From: Naegleria gruberi
Taxonomy: Eukaryota
NCBI GenBank assembly: GCA_000004985.1
Contig: GG738847.1
DNA length: 64,000 bases
Reading direction: 5' to 3' (one strand)
Under the pieces are notes generated by a model. The model saw only the letters and a program-made list of their open reading frames with translations, was not told the DNA's origin and searched no databases. The translations under genes were made by a program, and so were the position numbers. Below, piece by piece: positions 1-8,926 of this stretch. Each line of letters begins with the position of its first letter. Positions within the stretch are counted from its first letter, which is position 1.

Positions 1-1559
1 GAAAAATGCAGAAAAATGAGAATAGACGAATTTGGGCATGAGCAATTGGCAGCTATTGATTATGCTCTGGCCAAACTTTATCTTACAGAATTTAAAAAAT
101 TCAGTCAACTCAAGATTTTACTTAGATCCGAAAATCATCTCTCATTAGATTGTGGTGAGGTATTGTTTAAAGACAATGCTAAGTACCTAGCCTTCTTGTA
201 CTACTCAAAGAACGAGCATAGAAAGGCCTTACAGACTTTGAAAGAGTAAGTAGCAGTAGAATTGTTTTAACTAAAGTTTGGCTTAGATTGGGTGAGAGCA
301 GGTTGAAAGAGACTTCCACACCAACTAATGGAGTGGAAGAATCAATAGAACTTTTATCGGAGTTGGAGGATGAAAATCTTGTTTTGGAATATTCAACCTG
401 GGTTTTTGATATGGATGAGTCTGCAGCAATACAGATACTAACCTCTAAATTAAGGAAAAACCAATTTAACCCTCATCGTATCCTTTCATTTTTATCTGAT
501 TATCCAGCTGATACAGAGAGAGCTTACCTGGAATTCCTTATTGCTGTTGAGAAAAATTTAGAAGAAAAGTTCCACACAAAATTGATAATCAATTATATTG
601 ACACTGTTATTTTATTAAAACCAACCAAGTACCTTCCTTTTGGAGTAAGATTGGAAGCAGGTAAAGAAACTGGATTATTGGGGTTAATAAGAGGAAGATT
701 GATTTTCATGTTGGAGCATACCAATAGCTATAACAAGTACAAAATTTTAAGCAAGCTTCAAAAGACTAGTTTGCACGAGGAAACATTAATATTGTACAGA
801 AAATTACAAAATCACGAGGCTGCTCTCAAACTGTTGGTGCATAGAATCCAAGATTTAGAATGGGCTGAAAGATATTGCATTGATTGTTATAAGCAAATGT
901 TAAATGAACGTTCGAAAGTTGAAGAGAATGAACTTCAAGAAATGATGAGGCAAAGAGTTCTTCAATCTAGTGGCATTCTCGAAGTGTCAGAGGAGAAGGA
1001 AAAACAAACCAACAAGAAAGCCAATGACCTTGACTTACACAACCCACTGTTTGTTTCCTTGTTAAGAATTTGCTTGTACCCAGAGACTGGATTTCCGAAG
1101 AATGAGAATTTTGCTCTCCATATTCTGAAAACTCAAGCTAAGAACATTGACCCAATGAAAATACTTTCGATACTCCCAGAAGATATTAATCTTGCAAAGG
1201 TGTCAGATTTCATACGACAAGCTATGCAGACCTCCATTGATGTTGGAAGACACACTCAAGTGGTTTACAACATGAGCAAGATAAGACATGTGCAAAGTAA
1301 AGTAGATTTGGCAAAGGGAGTTTCAAGAAAGGTTCTTATCAGCGAAGAAGACTGCCGATGTGCAGCCTGTGACAAATCTATTGATGCTTGCTCTGTCTTT
1401 GTTGTACTTCCCGATATGTCAATTGTTCATTTCAAATGTGTGAATAAGCATTCAATTAATACTCATCCAGTAACGGGAAGAAACTTTAAAAATTTCCCAG
1501 TTAATTTTGATGAACAAATATCTGAGGCAACAATTTTGAATCCACCTTATACAATGTAA
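1..1559 (+). CDS. VPS39: Vps39/Vam6-like (HOPS-type) protein, C-terminal part. The gene continues beyond the left edge. Exons are about 1..245 and 287..1559.
   Basis: The frame is open from position 1. ORF 16..249 and ORF 288..1559 are joined in frame by a 41-nt GTAAGT...AG intron (246..286). The C-terminal tail CRCAACDKSIDACSVFVVLPDMSIVHFKCVNKH matches the Cys/His-rich C-terminus of Vps39/Vam6-family proteins. An A-rich clathrin-heavy-chain-repeat-like helical region lies upstream. Confidence 0.55.
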
Positions 1560-1594
1560 AAATAAAAATGTAGTTTTATTACAATTTTCCCAAT

Positions 1595-4500
1595 TTAGTA
1601 CAATTCCTCCAACAAGTCATCTGTACTAAGGAAATTGGTTGATAAATCCTTATCATCTTTCCATGAGGCTTCGAGAACAACGATAGATTCATCAGGAAGG
1701 TAATCTTCCTTAATAAATACAAGTGTATTTTTTCCAAGTGGAATGATTGAGTTCTGAGATTGAAGGTGGTTCCATTCTCCTGATTCAGAAACTCTTGTGG
1801 CACATGGACACATACTCGTACAGAAATATTTAAGCTTGGAGAAAGGGCAGGCTGATTTGTAATAAGTGGTCTTTTGATCATTTACAAGAATAACCTTAAC
1901 CTCTCCATATGGTGAAATGGTGAATTTGCGAAGATCCAACTGAGCAAATTGAGCTGTATACACAAATCTCATAAGTTTTTCTTCGTTTTCTTCACTTTCA
2001 AAATCTAGAGGTCTGATGTTTGTTAAACTTGATAAACCAACCAAAGTCCACTCCCCTTCACAATATACTCTCAAGGTGTCGTAAGTGGCTGAGAAATTTG
2101 AAGGGTGGATCCATTTAAGATCTGAAAAAACATCTCCTCTTTTTGCAATGTTATGACATCCAATACCAGCATTCAAGTATTCTCTACCCATAGGTCTTGT
2201 TCCTGCCGAAACTAATTCCATTGGTGATAAAGTAGCTACAGATGCAGGTGAACGGTTGATTTTGGTTCTTACAACGTTCAATTTTTTCTTATACTCTGTG
2301 TCTTTCTTTTTTCTCAAAGTTTGGGAGGATTTAACCATAATGTTTACAATAGTTTCTTGAACTCTTGAAAGTTGTTCCAAACTTGGATAAGATCCCATTC
2401 CTGAAACTATTGTTTCAATTTTACTCTGTCTTTCATCGTCAAGTTGAATTCCAAATTCTTCAGTAATTCTTTTAACAACTTTTTGTTTAAGCTCATCATT
2501 CATGTCAGCAGGCTTTGGTTTAAGTTCTTTAACCTTATTGTTAATCAATTTGGCTGATTGTTTACCCAAGTCTTCAGATGTTTCTGTCTTTTGGAAAACT
2601 TGCTTCATTTCAGCGGCCTGTTCTTTTTGTTGTTGCTTCATGGAGGTAGCAAGTTCAACTTGAGTTTTTTCCTTCTCACAAATAGGTCCAGTGTATGCAT
2701 TCAAACAGACGCATGTATCAGTATCTGTACATGATCCTTTTCCAGAGCAAACTTTTTCATTAATTGCTTGCATACCAAAACAAACAGGAATGTTTGAACG
2801 TTGTCCAGTCTTGGCCATCTCAGCATAATTTTGCTTGAATTCTTCTTTATCAACGGCAGTGAACCCCTTTGGAATTGCTGTCATGATGGATGAAACAAAA
2901 GTCTTATTACCCATAACATCCAATGCAGTTGACTTGTCGCAAGTTGGCCCTCTGAATCCAAGATGGCATTTGCAAAAATTGTTTTTCACACAATCACCAT
3001 TACCTGAACAAACATTTGGATCTGTGGCGTCAATTTTGAAACATCTGATTGCTAATGATTTTCCACATTGGTTTCCATAATAGCCCTCCTCACATTCACA
3101 AGTATTTTTGCCGGTACAGTTTCCACGACCTGAACAAACTTCTGGAGCATCAGCATTGATTCCAAAACATTTGATGACATTTAATCTTCCACACTGGTCA
3201 CCTATATAACCTTCTTCACATTCACAATTATTTTTAGCAGTGCAATTACCATGTCCAGAACAAACATCTGGTGAAGAAGCCTTAATTCCAAAACATTTGA
3301 TTTCTGATATATCAATACCACAAAATGGTCCAATAAATCCTTCATCACATTTGCATATATTATCCTCAACACACACACCATGCCCAGAGCAAACATGTAT
3401 CGAAGAAGCCTTGATTCCATTACATTTGGCTTCAACTTCTTTGTTACATTGAGAACCAGTAAATCCAGGATCACAAGAGCAATTATTAGGCCCAACACAC
3501 AACCCATTTCCAGAACAAACAAGTGGTGAATCTTCTTCCAATCCAAAACATTTCACTAATTTCTTTGTTCCACAGAATTTTCCAGTGTAACCTTCAACAC
3601 ATTCACAATTATTTGTGGATGTACAATTACCATGTCCATTACAAACCATAGGCGAATCAGCTTCAATGCTATTACATTTTGGTTTTTCCAATTGATCACA
3701 ATTTGAACCAGTGAACCCTTTCTTGCATTGGCATATATCTTTTCCAATACAAGAACCAGATGATGAACAAACCTTATCACTTGTACCTTCAACTCCAAAA
3801 CATACAGGTGTTTGACATTTCTCGTCAGTAAATCCTTCATCACATTTACACATATTATCTCCAACACACAAACCTTGTCCAGAACAAACAAGTGCGGAAT
3901 CTTCTGGTTTTCCAAAACATTTCATTAATTTCTTTGTTTCGCAAAATCTTCCTGTGTATTCTTCAACACATTCACAATTATTTGTGGATGTACAATTACC
4001 ATGTCCATTACAAACAAGTGACGAATCAGCTTCAATATTATCACATTTTGGTTTTTCCAATTGATCACAATTTGAACCAGTGAACCCTTTCTTGCATTGA
4101 CAATCATCTTTTCCAGCACATTTACCATTTCCAGAACAAACCTTATCACTTGTGCCTTCAACTCCAAAACATACAGGTGTTTGACATATCTTACCAGTAA
4201 ATCCTTTTGAACAAACACATTTATCAGTTGATACACACATTCCATTTCCAGAACAAGCAAGTGGGGAATCTTCTGGTTTTCCATAACATTTCATTAATTT
4301 CTTTGTTTCGCAAAATCTTCCTGTGTATTCTTCAACACATTCACAATTTTCAGTTGCAGTACATTTTCCATGTCCATTACAAACGGACGATGAATTTGAT
4401 AAGACTCCATTACATTTAGGGTATTGGCATCTCTCACCACCATACCCGGTATTACAGACACACTTATTAACACCAGAACAAGTTCCTTGTCCTGTGCAAA

Positions 4501-5467
4501 CATTTTTGTCCCCTTGAAGAATACCATAACACTTAGGCTTCTCGCAGTCTATGCCTCCCCATGAGCTAGTTTCACTACATTGACATTTGTTAGGAGAATC
4601 GCATGTACCTCTTCCATTACAAACTGTATTAGCATTCGAAAGAATGGTATTACATTTTGGATATTGACAGAAGTTGCCTCCCCAATTATTTGGTTCGTTA
4701 CAAGTGCAACTATCAATGGAGGTACAGCTACCTCTTGAATTACAGACCTTAGGCGAATCAGCCTCAATGCTATTACATTTTGGTTTTTCCAACTGATCAC
4801 AATTTGAACCAGTGAACCCTTTCTTGCATTGACATATATCTTTTCCAATACAAGAACCAGATGATGAACAAACCTTATCACTTGTACCTTCAACTCCAAA
4901 ACATACAGGTGTTTGACATTTCTCACCAGTAAATCCTGTTGAACAAACACAATTATCAGTTGATCCACATACTCCCCTACCATTACAAACTTTTGGATCG
5001 TTGGAAGGAATATTAAAACATTGCCATTTTTTAGGGATTGCTGATTCAATTTCACTTGGTTGTAGGTTCTGAACTGAATCGATGCTATATGATTTTTGCA
5101 TTGGATTTAGTTCATCATTATTTTCTTTCTCATTCACTAATGTTGTTTCAGACTCATTATTACTTATACTCATTTCTTCATCTTCTTCTCCATCATCTTC
5201 CTCTTCTTTCTTTGCTTTCTTTGTTCTTTTGTTTTTAGGCGAAATGCCTTTTGTTTCCTTTGATTTTGGTTCTTTAGTAAACGGTTTTGAAATAAAATCG
5301 ACTAATTGTTGAGCAACAGTTTTTTTGGTTTTGGTTATTAAACCAAGCCCCTTCTTTTCATTTGTTTTATCTGGTTTAACGGTATTCTTAAAAGCACCAA
5401 AGGCGACTCCTGTAAGAAACAGCAATGATAAAAGGAAAAGAATAAGCACTAATTTTCCCAACCTCAT
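1595..5467 (-). CDS. Secreted giant EGF-like (tenascin/Notch-type) repeat protein of 1290 aa. It has an N-terminal signal peptide, a Lys/Glu-rich spacer, more than 20 Cys-rich EGF-like modules and a C-terminal globular domain of about 400 aa.
   Basis: Single uninterrupted ORF. The N-terminus MRLGKLVLILFLLSLLFLTGVAFG is a classical signal peptide. Repeated CxxxGxCxxxxxCxCxxGFTGxxC modules are present. The C-terminal region (RVYCEGEWTLVGL...) could be fibrinogen-related, but that is unverified. Confidence 0.75.
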   Translation of the reverse strand: MRLGKLVLILFLLSLLFLTGVAFGAFKNTVKPDKTNEKKGLGLITKTKKTVAQQLVDFISKPFTKEPKSKETKGISPKNKRTKKAKKEEEDDGEEDEEMSISNNESETTLVNEKENNDELNPMQKSYSIDSVQNLQPSEIESAIPKKWQCFNIPSNDPKVCNGRGVCGSTDNCVCSTGFTGEKCQTPVCFGVEGTSDKVCSSSGSCIGKDICQCKKGFTGSNCDQLEKPKCNSIEADSPKVCNSRGSCTSIDSCTCNEPNNWGGNFCQYPKCNTILSNANTVCNGRGTCDSPNKCQCSETSSWGGIDCEKPKCYGILQGDKNVCTGQGTCSGVNKCVCNTGYGGERCQYPKCNGVLSNSSSVCNGHGKCTATENCECVEEYTGRFCETKKLMKCYGKPEDSPLACSGNGMCVSTDKCVCSKGFTGKICQTPVCFGVEGTSDKVCSGNGKCAGKDDCQCKKGFTGSNCDQLEKPKCDNIEADSSLVCNGHGNCTSTNNCECVEEYTGRFCETKKLMKCFGKPEDSALVCSGQGLCVGDNMCKCDEGFTDEKCQTPVCFGVEGTSDKVCSSSGSCIGKDICQCKKGFTGSNCDQLEKPKCNSIEADSPMVCNGHGNCTSTNNCECVEGYTGKFCGTKKLVKCFGLEEDSPLVCSGNGLCVGPNNCSCDPGFTGSQCNKEVEAKCNGIKASSIHVCSGHGVCVEDNICKCDEGFIGPFCGIDISEIKCFGIKASSPDVCSGHGNCTAKNNCECEEGYIGDQCGRLNVIKCFGINADAPEVCSGRGNCTGKNTCECEEGYYGNQCGKSLAIRCFKIDATDPNVCSGNGDCVKNNFCKCHLGFRGPTCDKSTALDVMGNKTFVSSIMTAIPKGFTAVDKEEFKQNYAEMAKTGQRSNIPVCFGMQAINEKVCSGKGSCTDTDTCVCLNAYTGPICEKEKTQVELATSMKQQQKEQAAEMKQVFQKTETSEDLGKQSAKLINNKVKELKPKPADMNDELKQKVVKRITEEFGIQLDDERQSKIETIVSGMGSYPSLEQLSRVQETIVNIMVKSSQTLRKKKDTEYKKKLNVVRTKINRSPASVATLSPMELVSAGTRPMGREYLNAGIGCHNIAKRGDVFSDLKWIHPSNFSATYDTLRVYCEGEWTLVGLSSLTNIRPLDFESEENEEKLMRFVYTAQFAQLDLRKFTISPYGEVKVILVNDQKTTYYKSACPFSKLKYFCTSMCPCATRVSESGEWNHLQSQNSIIPLGKNTLVFIKEDYLPDESIVVLEASWKDDKDLSTNFLSTDDLLEELY
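3200..5060 (-). repeat. Intragenic tandem coding repeat with a period of about 369 bp (123 aa, i.e. three EGF modules), in at least 4-5 copies. Some copies are near-identical.
   Basis: Out-of-frame shadow ORFs at 3556..3915, 3925..4284, 4294.. and 4549..5055 start with near-identical peptides spaced exactly 369 nt apart. The protein shows repeating KLMKCYGKPEDS...CQTPVCFGVEGTSDKVCS...CDQLEKPKC...IEADS...VCNGHGNCTSTNNCECVE blocks. Confidence 0.7.
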
Positions 5468-5679
5468 TGCCTAGATTTATAAGTATTGTTGTTGTTGTTA
5501 TTGTTGTTGTCGCTCCTTACTTGTTGTGAAAGAATTTTTGATGTACATAAATCCTCAATGTGGTGGCGTTAACAGTTTCCGTGGTTGTTGTTAAATTTTT
5601 TAAGATGGAAATATTATTTTATGGCTTTTGTATTGTACTGTAGTTAAACGATCCATATTTATTTCCATTGCTAAGGAGG

Positions 5680-7029
5680 TTACTTTTGCTTTTTTTCTTC
5701 ATTTTGAATATTCTTGAGTTGTTCGATCTTTTCAAGTTTTTGCTTCTTGAAGAGATTATTGAGTTCTGATCTATATTCTTTCTTGAATTGCTTGTTCTCT
5801 TGAACAATTTTACGGAGAGATTCAATCATAACATCGCTTGGTTCTTTGTTGCCATACTTATTTCTCATTTCACTCCAATATCTCTTAATACGAGTCATGT
5901 CAAAAATAGCTGTCTTACTAATGTCATTTCCTGTGGTAGATTTAACTTCATTAGCTCTTTGGAAGGCTTCACGATAACATGCTTCAAGCAAAAGGAAGAA
6001 AACTGGTTCCTTTGCTCGTATAGTGGTAGACTTCAAATGGTTTTCATAGAGGTCGTACATCTTGCTATATTCATCGAATTGAAGATATTTCTTCATCAAA
6101 TTTACATATGTTTGATGGTCATAAGTTATTTGTTCATCTTCCATTTGCTTTTTAACAATTTCTGTTTGTTCTAGTGTTTGGCATGATGTTATCATCATAT
6201 TATAAAAGAGGGTCAAAACTTTTGAAGGATTGTTTTCAGCCATATCAGTTCCAGTTGGAATGATTGTATAAACTCTTTCTTTGATGGTATCCATAATCTT
6301 GGCACAATCATCATAGTTTTGAAGGAAAGAATTAACTTTCATCATACATCCATATAATGAGTAATCAACTTTATCTTCTCCGTATGTTGACTTAAATTCC
6401 TCAAAATAGAGATCACATTTTTCCTTGTCCAAAACATTACTCATACTGTTAATTAAATTTGTATATGCTCTAGTAATGATTTCATCTCTATGTGGAATAG
6501 AATCACCTGCTTCTTCATGAATCTTCAACTTTTCCTTGAATTGATTGAAATAGTCAACAGCTCTAACTTCTTCCTTCTTATATTTACAGGCATTAATCAT
6601 ATATACGAGTAAACTAATTGGAATTTGAGTCAGACTATAGTGTTGCATCATCATATCATAGTATTTGTGGGCCTTGTCAGACTTTTGGCTTTTAACCAAA
6701 GCATTAATACATTGGGTATAAACTTCGATTGAAGGAACAGGGACATTATTAATTCTTAAATCTTCAATAATATTTTGAACGGTAGTTTCGACAGTCTCGG
6801 GATTTCTCTTATCGCAAGCAGCTTGTGCTTTACGGAGGTATTTCTTTTCAACAGCTACTCGTTTAGCGTTTGGATTTTCATAAACTTGAGAGTTCAATGA
6901 TGTTGGTGTAACTCTTGTTTTGGCGTTGGTAGCAACACTCAAAATAGAGCTTTGGGTATGATATTGTTGATGTTTGGTAGAAAGGAAGGCAGAGACTGCT
7001 TTTTGGTTCTTTGTGAAGACTCTTCTCAT
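5680..7029 (-). CDS. Hypothetical alpha-helical repeat (PPR/TPR-like) protein of 449 aa, possibly mitochondrial.
   Basis: Single ORF with AAAAATG context. The basic N-terminus MRRVFTKNQKAVSAFLSTKHQQ looks presequence-like. Degenerate roughly 35-aa helical repeats are rich in Y/L/K. No specific family was recognised. Confidence 0.45.
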   Translation of the reverse strand: MRRVFTKNQKAVSAFLSTKHQQYHTQSSILSVATNAKTRVTPTSLNSQVYENPNAKRVAVEKKYLRKAQAACDKRNPETVETTVQNIIEDLRINNVPVPSIEVYTQCINALVKSQKSDKAHKYYDMMMQHYSLTQIPISLLVYMINACKYKKEEVRAVDYFNQFKEKLKIHEEAGDSIPHRDEIITRAYTNLINSMSNVLDKEKCDLYFEEFKSTYGEDKVDYSLYGCMMKVNSFLQNYDDCAKIMDTIKERVYTIIPTGTDMAENNPSKVLTLFYNMMITSCQTLEQTEIVKKQMEDEQITYDHQTYVNLMKKYLQFDEYSKMYDLYENHLKSTTIRAKEPVFFLLLEACYREAFQRANEVKSTTGNDISKTAIFDMTRIKRYWSEMRNKYGNKEPSDVMIESLRKIVQENKQFKKEYRSELNNLFKKQKLEKIEQLKNIQNEEKKQK

Positions 7030-7155
7030 TTTTTTAAAAATTCATCAATAAAAAAATTTAAATTAAAAAATTTATTTTTATTTACAAAAAGTTGAGTGGA
7101 AACCCAGCTAGCAATATATTTAAAGTTGCGATTGATTATTACTCTAACAGTTATT

Positions 7156-8260
7156 ATGAGCACTACCAGCAACATTATACCTAATCTTACAACAGATACA
7201 ACAACAACAGGAACTTCATCACCACAATTAACTGTCCCAAATAGCAGTGGCACACAGTAAGTTTATGACACATTATTTTGGAAAGCAATATTGATTCATA
7301 TTTTCAATAGTACTTCGGAATTTTCACCTTCTGTTGCACCAGGAACAACCGTTATTAATCAGAGAGGATTTGATTCAAGATCGACTTCAAGTAGTTTTAA
7401 TCAATTTTTTGGAGGTGATGATGATAGTATAGCATCGGATGAGGATGAAAACGATATTCTTCTTCCTTTCAGAAATGCTGTTGTTTATAGTAGAACTGAT
7501 AATCATCAAAGGCATTCAAAGAATGTCTTTGAATTTATTGTAATATTGTTATGTCTTGTTCCGACTACAATATTTTCAGTTTCAGCATCGAGTGTCTATG
7601 TAATGATAGATTCATTTGTGAGTGAATATGCACCAAATAATGAAAAATCACTCACTAACTTTCTACAGGCACAATTTTTGTCTGTAATTGTGATTATCAC
7701 ATTTATAGAGTTTGTCAAATTTTTGCTAGTTCTGGTAATTTCAGTACTTTTTGCATTTGTGGTAAAGGTAGGTTATTTGAAAAGCAAAAGGAGTATTTAT
7801 TTCAATTATTATTTCAAAGGTCTACACTTTGGATAGTCATCTTACTGGAGGAGTGAAGAAGAATCACAAATTTTTCCAATATTTTCATGAGAATTTGACA
7901 AATAATCCTTTTTGTTGCTTAATAGGACTCTCTTGTTGTGTATTGACAGGTTACATCACTTTTAATATTGGACTAACTTATTCCATTATTTCACTATTCA
8001 TCTCTAATATTACTCCAGAATTCTCCCATCTCACTAATATTAAGATTGCTACACTCATTAATGTTTTGGATTGGATTTTATTCATTTTCTATTTCCTTGT
8101 CTACTTTAAACTCCAACAAAAGCAAAAAGCTCTTCATGAGCATAACACTGAGAGTGAAGATGAATACTATGACAGTGCTGGTGAACAGAATGTTTTTGAA
8201 TCCATCACCAATACTTTCACTTCAAGCAACAGAGCACCTTCCTCATCCGATAATATTTAA
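7156..8260 (+). CDS. Multi-pass transmembrane protein with three exons: 7156..7256, 7311..7767 and 7820..8260.
   Basis: The ATG at 7156 follows an A/T-rich leader. The GTAAGT...AG introns 7257..7310 and 7768..7819 keep the frame. Several hydrophobic helices are visible (VFEFIVILLCLVPTTIFSV, FLSVIVIITFIEFVKFLLVLVISVLFAFVV, CCLIGLSCCVLTGYITF, ILFIFYFLVYF). Confidence 0.5.
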
Positions 8261-8263
8261 AAA

Positions 8264-8803
8264 ATGCCTAAAGACCAAACAAGACCACACCAACAACAAT
8301 ACAGAAGTAGTGATTCGGGATCTCGTTATCAACCATATAATAACAATAACGTACAACAAAAAACATCCAACCCTAAAAAGGTGGTATCACAAGATAGTAA
8401 TAGGAATACATCAGATAAAAAAATTAATAATTTACCATCAACAAATAGTGGAAAGAAGATAACCAATTTTGAACAACAACCAAATCTTGTAAATAATAAT
8501 TCGGAAAATATTTATCAATCACAAAGAGAAAGAAATACCAGTAAATATGGTAAATCGAACGGTCAATCGACATCTGATGATGAGTTCTCCATTCCTTCAG
8601 TTGAGGAAGATGAAAACTTACAATTAATGAAAAGTCTGGGCTTGCCAACATCATTTGATACTACACATGAAAAACATGTTGCAGGAAAAGCAAATAATCT
8701 GAGTGGAGTTAAAATTACAACTAAACGAAAGGTAAAACAAGTAATGAACCTTAAAGATAAACCAGTCCATACTCACCAATTCACTAATAAACCAAGATAT
8801 TAG
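8264..8803 (+). CDS. Low-complexity N/S/Q/K-rich ORF of 179 aa. It is in the same frame as the upstream membrane-protein ORF and separated from it by a single TAA. It is either a C-terminal extension (readthrough or indel) or a separate small gene.
   Basis: A 540-nt stop-free ORF in AT-rich DNA is very unlikely to be noncoding. Its ATG lies 3 nt after the upstream stop and in the identical frame. Confidence 0.35.
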   Translation: MPKDQTRPHQQQYRSSDSGSRYQPYNNNNVQQKTSNPKKVVSQDSNRNTSDKKINNLPSTNSGKKITNFEQQPNLVNNNSENIYQSQRERNTSKYGKSNGQSTSDDEFSIPSVEEDENLQLMKSLGLPTSFDTTHEKHVAGKANNLSGVKITTKRKVKQVMNLKDKPVHTHQFTNKPRY

Positions 8804-8926
8804 TGACCCAAAGATCGAAGGTATTCTCTTTTGCTTGATCTTGACAGTCACAACATTTTACGCGCTAATTGGTTCTTGTAGTTATCTCCCGCCAAAACAC
8901 AATCCAATAACAAAAATTTAAAAAAA

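Noticed and set aside
3202-5055. Five long alternative-frame ORFs (77-168 aa) on the minus strand inside the EGF-repeat gene, each starting MENQKIPHL...
   Set aside because: They are shadow ORFs created by the 369-bp tandem repeat and Cys-codon-rich, stop-poor composition. The main 1290-aa frame has the signal peptide and EGF motifs.
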